A DNA stretch of 64,000 nucleotides from Hormiphora californensis (lineage: Eukaryota > Animalia > Ctenophora), in the NCBI GenBank assembly GCA_020137815.1, contig CM035360.1, positions 7,316,001 through 7,380,000 of the forward strand, in the 5' to 3' direction. The position numbers were made by a program, and so were the translations under genes. Position 1 is the first letter of the stretch. Each line of letters begins with the position of its first letter. Below, piece after piece: positions 31,103 through 64,000 of this stretch. The notes beneath the pieces are model-generated. The model was not told the DNA's origin and ran no database searches. It worked only from the letters and a program-made list of their open reading frames with translations.

Positions 31103-32361
31103 TAGATATACTGTCATTGTTAAACTGAAGAAAGTAATTTATAAGAAGTTGATATCAGTGACCATTGGAATTTTATTGTGAGACGGATAAGGTCAAGGAT
31201 GAAGACATGTGGACACAAACACAAAAACGACCTGATACTGATAGGTCGTCAGAGATTTAGAACAGTATTCAATGTTCAGAACAATCTTTATGTGAAGAAT
31301 GAATGAACGTGAAAAATCCAAACATTTTGACACGTCGAATTATAACTATCACTTGTATTTCGGATTGCATGTTATATTGTTACAGCACGTACTATCTGTG
31401 TTTCAAATCAGGAATATAATATTTGAACATACAACTATTTAGTTGCATTTGATCGCTGAGGATGGGCGCAGGTGCAATGATTTGTATCTGACAATTGGTA
31501 ATTATTGTAGACATTAATTATTGTTGTATTTGAATTTCCATTTGAAACAAATCTTCGAAGACACCTTCACGCAACAGCTGCAGACCTTGGAAAATCACAG
31601 GACTCACTGACTGGAGGAAACATTTTAAAGTTTTTCAAGAAACAACATCGCGTTCAATCTTTGCTACAAATAGTGTGAAATTTAAGGTGGCCTAACAGAA
31701 GACTATGAGTATGTGGATTATGTTTATAAGATTATTGAATATCCCTCTAAACTATAAATATAACGGCAGCTGATGTCGACTAAGGACCATTAGAAAAACT
31801 ACACCACTATAATTGTAGATCTCATTGGGTTACAGAGATTAAATGGCATTGCAGGACGAAGGCTGTCCTACGCAGTGACTGCAATCTATTATTAGCACGA
31901 TACTGGAACTTATAATCATTGGAATCTATCACAAATTACATCAAATCATTCCAGTCAGTTGTTCCGTTTGGCCACATACAAGAACAAGTTGTTTTGATTC
32001 TTAGAACAACGCAGTACGTGTTGCCATGATCGCAGGTGGTCAAAAAAGGTACTAAAAAAATTTTAAGCCTTACATTAGGGCCGGGCGGTGCAGTTAAAAG
32101 AAGCAAAATAGGAAATTGGATCGGCGTGTTAACAAGTCGAAGGTGTGAGAAAAATCCACCTGATCATTGATGGAGCCATAAATAGGGGTAGAAAGATAGA
32201 AGGAGCTAGAGATAGAGTGGTAGAAAGAGAGAGGGAGATAGATAAGAGAGATGGAAATAGTGATGGAGTTAGAGAGGGATAGTTGGAGTTAGAGAGGGAT
32301 AGAGAGATAGAGGGAGTTAGGGGCAGAGAGATAGAAGGAGTTAGAAAGAGAGAAAGAAAGA

Positions 32362-32478
<117 letters not shown>

Positions 32479-33731
32479 GCGGGGAAGATGAAATGTCGAA
32501 ATGATCTGAACATGTGGAACAGCTGTGCGGCACAACGTAATTGCAGAGCAGTCTTTTTTGAGCCACTCAAATTGTGGAAATATTTAATATTTAACTGAAA
32601 TGAATTCGTGAGCGGGGATGTGGGCGGATGGAATTAATCACCTCAAATGACATGAATTCGTAATAATCAATTCAGAAGTTCCTGAATTGTTGAGTAAGGG
32701 GTGAGAGAGGTGTTGTAGATCGGGCAGTGACATGAGTATATATGTGTACAAAGTCTGCAAATCACCAATTACAAAATATAATGGGAAAATATTAATCTTT
32801 GACTTGCTAAGACTCTAGAACAGCGCAAAAACAGCGTACGAGCAGTTCAAATTGATCTTTGGGAGGGTATTGTTCGCGGGCGAAATGATCTCGAAGGCCC
32901 AGTTAACAATTATATAGGGCTCTCCCAAAGATCAGGTACTCCTTGCAGATCATGCTGCTAACAAAGAACACGGATCATACAGAGAGGGAGAGAGAGATGG
33001 AGAGATCTCATCCCTGCTAGATCATCAACTGCAGAGGCAGATGACCAGGAGAGCGAGAGAAAGAGTGAGAGATAACGACTATAAAAGAGATAGATAAAGA
33101 CCTATAGATGGGTGTTACAATGAAATAAGTCGTTCATCTAGGTCGTGTTTTACTATTCGTCTGCTATCCACCAAAACAATATGTTTATGTATTGCTCACC
33201 CATTGCTCATTTGCTCATTGTCATTTGTCAGATCATGGGATAAAATCTTGGCTATGTTCATTGAAATTAGAAGTCATTCGGAAGGTTTTGTTTAGTATTG
33301 GCCAGAAAGGATTGAGACAAAAACAGAACGCCGACCGCGCATTCGCGCAACAACTCGTCTAACGTGTAACGGCATTCTCGGTCAATTCCGCGTCTACACT
33401 CATTCTGGACCGATGATTCTAACCACCCTGTTAAATTTGAAACTATGTGGTCATTAAATCCTTGATGATTTGAGTATGGTCTATATACTCAATCATCGTA
33501 TACAATAATAGTCAGTAACGATCTCTCTCCGTGTAGTGTACCAGATTATATCTTGAGTTCGTTTTGTGTACGTGTCTACTACAAACCCCCAACAAACCTC
33601 TTTTTTCCTCTCAACTCTCCCAATCAGATTTTCTTGTTTGTTTAGTGGAATTGGCCACAGAGAACTATCCCTGAAACAGTAAATAAAGTGAGAGACCGGA
33701 GGCGGTAATTCTGTGGATATGAGTAACTGTA

Positions 33732-33822
<91 letters not shown>

Positions 33823-33944
33823 GAGATTTGCATGATGCCCTCCCAGAAGTTAATGTTTGGTTTCACGTTGTTCAAGAATTGTGGTTCCTACGTTTGTTTA
33901 TAAAAGACCCAGATCCCTTCGCCCCCTTTCTCCTGCCCTGTTAT

Positions 33945-34020
33945 CTGTCAAAGCATTGGCCTGACCCATTCTCGTTTCTCGGAGCGCGCGAGAACTGTGG
34001 TCAGAGCATTGGCCTGACAG
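33945..34020. mobile_element. 76-bp member of the CTGTCAG mini-element family, 8-bp TSD CCTGTTAT
   Basis: Nearly identical to 4494-4562. TSD at 33937-33944 and 34021-34028. Confidence 0.87.
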
Positions 34021-34402
34021 CCTGTTATACGACAATTGCGTGGGAGGAATTTTTACGTTGTTTAGCTTGCATTATGCATATATTGTTGCCCTGTTCGACA
34101 TATCTCTTTCTTCGCATCCCTATTCGACCTTTCGTAGCTTAGTTATACAATTAAGGTTACGTAACCCTAACAACTTAACGAATTCGAAAGTTTATTTAGA
34201 ATATCAGTAATATTCTAAATAAACTTTATGATTCGTTCTTCGTATCATTAAACTATCGATTGAGATTAGAAAAAGGGAATATAAATCGCAGCGCCCGTGC
34301 TTAGCTAGATCGCTATAGAGCTGAGGGAGAATATTTTTGATTGGCTCTTATTTTGTCCGTTTGACTGACTTGGTTTAACATCTTAAGTTTTAAAAAGCGG
34401 TG

Positions 34403-37400
34403 ATGGGGGTAACGGTTGAATCGGACGCGGAGAAAAGGGAGACGGGATTAATGGAAACGTACGGCCTGCCACTTTGGACCTACCCCCTAACGATCATTTT
34501 TGTGATCCTCTTTGCAATTTGCGTGGAATGGGATCCTAAATTTGGTAAGTTTATGGTAAACGATTGCCAATACTTGACACTTGTACCGCAAAGTCATGTT
34601 TTCCCTGATCAAAACTGTCAAGTGTCATCTTAATCTCATCCAATAGCCAAGGCCAAAGACACATTTAATTGTACCATCAAACGTCTAAATACCGATTTAA
34701 ACAAACCCCATTTTAGCCGAAGACACCATTTCCGGTGAAAGTAAGTTTAACGCCGACAAGTCGGGTATCCAGAACTACTGGACTAGGACGGTCTATACAA
34801 ATGCGGAGGGAGGTCTCGAGAATTATGTCATGTATATGAATACAGCGGTTATGTGCCTTATTGGATTTGGTTTTCTCTACGTCTTCAGGTGAGGGCCCTA
34901 ATTGTTGCCTTGCTCGACCCTGTTTCACCGAGCCCCAAAAAAAAGAGATTTGAAGAAAATAAGGGTCTAAGATCTAGAGATAAAGCAAATGTAAAGGAGG
35001 GTTAGAAAATTTCAAGGCCCTATAACCATCTAGAGATAGTAACAAACCGATAATATCTGACCCAAATTATAACATCTTTACGTGATTTCATTTCAGTAAG
35101 TTCTACGTATGGGGAGGAGTGGGACTCAACTTTTTCATCTGCGGCCTCGGATTTCTCTGGGTGTTTATTGTAATCTCTCTTGTGGAGAGTATGTTCCACG
35201 GAGCCTTTGAGAAGGTCCAAATCAACTGTGACAACATGGTAGGTCTTTCTGCAAACGCTCCCGAAGTCCTCTTGTCATACAACCTCTCTTGTGGGCCTCT
35301 TTTAACAATCGACAGTGTTAATTTAGATTGTTCGAAGCTAAGACTGGAAGATCATGTGCAACATGTGCCAACACCCTTTTCGATCGGTTCAGAAATCAGA
35401 GTCCCAATGAACACAGTACACACTACATACTGACTTTAAATTGGAATTCTTCAGATGTTATCAGCTGACATCACAGCAGCGGTTTTGATTTCATTTGGAG
35501 CCTTCTACGGATTTACCTCGCCCTCACAGATTATTCTAATTACCATGCTGGAGATATTCATGTGTGTCGTCAACGAGCACATTGGTAAGCTTTTACAGTC
35601 GATCTTAATCGTATCCGGATGCATACTAATTGAACAGTTCAGAAAGACACAACTAAAACGCTCTGATCACATACTAAACAACTGTATCCAGGGGTTTCTA
35701 ACCATCCCTTGACTATTAGTCGGGTGTACTGACTACACTACTGTTTCAGTGCTAAAAATACTCCATGTGAAAGACCAGGGTGGTTCTATGGTGGTTCATG
35801 CTTTCGGAGCTTACTTTGGCGTCGCCACAGTCTTTGGAATGGGTCTCAAAAGCAAGCATCTTCCCGAAAAACACCGTACTACCACATACTTTAGGTAATG
35901 TCAAACGTTCTTTTTCTTCTTGGACACGCTCGGGGGTAGGGGATAAAGGATGGTTCCATTGGGAACCTTTTGCCGGCGTGAGATACGTCAACTATCGATC
36001 ATATATTAATTATATCGACTTAACCCTCCAATTGCAGTGATATGGGAGCCATGCTAGGAACGGTCGTCCTCTGGGTCTACTGGCCAAGTTTTAACGCTGC
36101 CTCACTCTATGGTGATACACATGTTCAGGGACGTGTTATTGGTAACACCTACCTCTCCATCTGTGCTAGCTGTGTCACCGCATTCGCAACCAGCGCCCTT
36201 ATCCACCGCGGAAAGTTTGAAATGGTAAGATACTTTCTTAGAGAGAAGGGGGACTTTTGCGGTCTTTTAGCCGTATTCAAGTTTGATTAAACCTTTCCCT
36301 GCAGATTGAGATTCAAAATGGAACATTAGCGGGTGGAGTTATTATCGGTACTATATCTCCCTTCCTTCTTGAACCCTGGGCTCCAGTCCTCATTGGAGCA
36401 ATTGGAGGGGTTTTGAGCACCTTTGGATATGGGCTTCTACATCCGTTCTTGGAGGACTGTGGTATCCTCGATAGTGCAGGTAGAACATGATATCTGTGTA
36501 GTAGGACCAGACTTAGTTTTAGATCACCACCCACTCTCGGTTACTAAGTCTGCGTTAGTGAGCCTGTTTTAGCGAGACCTAATGGTGTTAAATATACGTG
36601 TGTTTCTGTTTAGGAGTCCAGATGTTACACGGAATTCCGGGTATCTTGGGAGGACTCTTTGCTGCCCTGGCAACCCTTGCTGATAACATGAACTACGCCT
36701 TCTCCTACGACACAACTTGGACTGACACAAGTACGTGCTATCAGAGTTCAGACCTTTTATATCGAGATACTTTTATATTGAAAAACGAAATTGAAAAACA
36801 AAATACATAACTATATTTCCTTCCAGGTACTTTTGACCGAGATCGAGGCCAGCAGTTTGGCTACCACATTGGGGCAATCCTTGTTACCCTTGGAATTGCG
36901 ATCGTCAGTGGGGTGATTACAGGTTAGTGATGGGACAGCTTCGTCGGGTGATCACGCCTGATCGCTGAGGGGGCTAAAACATATCATGTATCCATGACAC
37001 CTCCGTAATCATAATCTTAAAATAATCCTAGTTTTGCATATTATTTTCCAAATGTGAATATCAAATATATGACTACTCATGCCGCTTGATCCTTTTTCTT
37101 ACTTCGTTCTTTAATCCCAAACACAACAGGAATTCTGATCCGATTACCAATGTGCCCCCACGTTGATAAGGAGGACATGTTGATTGACCACGACTTCTGG
37201 AATATTCACGATAAGAATCATGATCCTAGGTATAATTCGATATTACAAAACATCTACCGGTTAGAGATTGTTGCGTACCCATTACTCAAGTAGTGGTCCC
37301 GTAGTGGTACCTAAGTACAATTATGATCCATGGCAGTATGATAGGGGGAATACTCCCTTCTCACCTGCCAAAAAACTAAAATCCTATTCCCCCCTAGGTT

Positions 37401-37458
37401 GAAGAAGGAAAAGAAATCGAATGTCTATAACAACAAGTTCGCCGATACATCCGCCTGA
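34403..37458 (+). CDS. Rh-family (Amt/Mep/Rh) ammonium transporter, 11 exons
   Basis: Exons 34403-34544, 34717-34888, 35097-35238, 35455-35584, 35750-35894, 36038-36224, 36305-36479, 36614-36730, 36827-36922, 37130-37229, 37398-37458. Motifs GFGFL, AVLISFGA, GGSMVVHAFGAYFG, LWVYWPSFN, QNGTLAGGV, LHGIPG (twin His retained). Confidence 0.93.
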
Positions 37459-38200
37459 ACTTGAAAAGAATAGAACTACAACTATAACATAAAACCTTGA
37501 TGAAGCGGCCACTTTCGGCCCATGTTTACCTCAATTCCTTCGAGGTTGAAAAACAATTCTAGTGTTGCAAGAGCAGTGTTGCTGTTCAAACTTTAGCTAT
37601 AAGTATAGTTGGCCCCCCGTATAGTTTCACGCGATATGCATCATGCATGTTTTTATTTCTATAGATCCCGTTTTATAAGTTATAAATTATGTACCCCACC
37701 AGAAACGAAGTCTCTCTCTCTCTCTCTGCTAACATTTGTTAACTTTGCACAACTTACAGTTACTTGAGAAGAAGGCAGGTAGATGTTCATGTAGCTTGGC
37801 ATCACTGCACTGCATTCTCACAAGCTCACCTAAAAAGTTGTGTGTTATGGATTTGTGTGTTATTTAGAAATTAGAAAGGAGACTCTATTTGGCCTGGGCA
37901 CAAGACAAAGAAACCCTGAGTGAAAAAGATGGGAAATGGTGGGGAGTTACAGATCTTGTGCCCAAGTGTGTGACAATGGAAGTGAACGACAGCAGAGTTA
38001 TAGGGTTGTGAACAAATTGAAATGGATCTCTTTATACAAAATATGAATCAGTGAACACGCTCTGGACTCTAGTGGAACCTATAAGGTACACGATTAATCT
38101 AGATTTAGTAACGGAACAAGATATTTAATCCTGAACAGATCTCATTATTGATAGATTTAGTAATGTCTAGTAATATCACACACAAACACACACAAACAGT

Positions 38201-64000
<25,800 letters not shown>

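Overview
Intron-rich animal genomic DNA with many (GA)n tracts and small DNA transposons. It is probably a ctenophore (Pleurobrachia/Hormiphora-like), inferred from recalled repeat families and the gene style, not proven. Genes reconstructed exon by exon: the 3' terminal exon of an unknown gene; a prolidase (PEPD) with a 1-nt frameshift and no substrate-binding Arg; an NKL-class (Tlx/Hex-like) homeobox gene; two divergently oriented class-A GPCR paralogs; an Rh-family ammonium transporter; and most of an axonemal outer-arm dynein heavy chain (DNAH5/8 type, minus strand, continuing beyond 64000). A 5'-truncated RTE LINE and about 15 MITE-like insertions are also present, many with readable target-site duplications (TSDs). 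Main observations: (1) one in-frame TAG sits at a conserved Trp of the otherwise intact dynein (candidate UAG-to-UIG editing or readthrough, versus an assembly error or null allele); (2) exon/intron junctions are tandemly amplified in three unrelated genes, up to 19 copies of one 5' splice site; (3) two secreted-protein paralogs are nested antisense in a dynein intron, with a hypervariable coding segment but a nearly identical intron; (4) there are ultra-short (19-98 bp) insertions with 8-bp TSDs, and elements with poly-G/poly-C ends.
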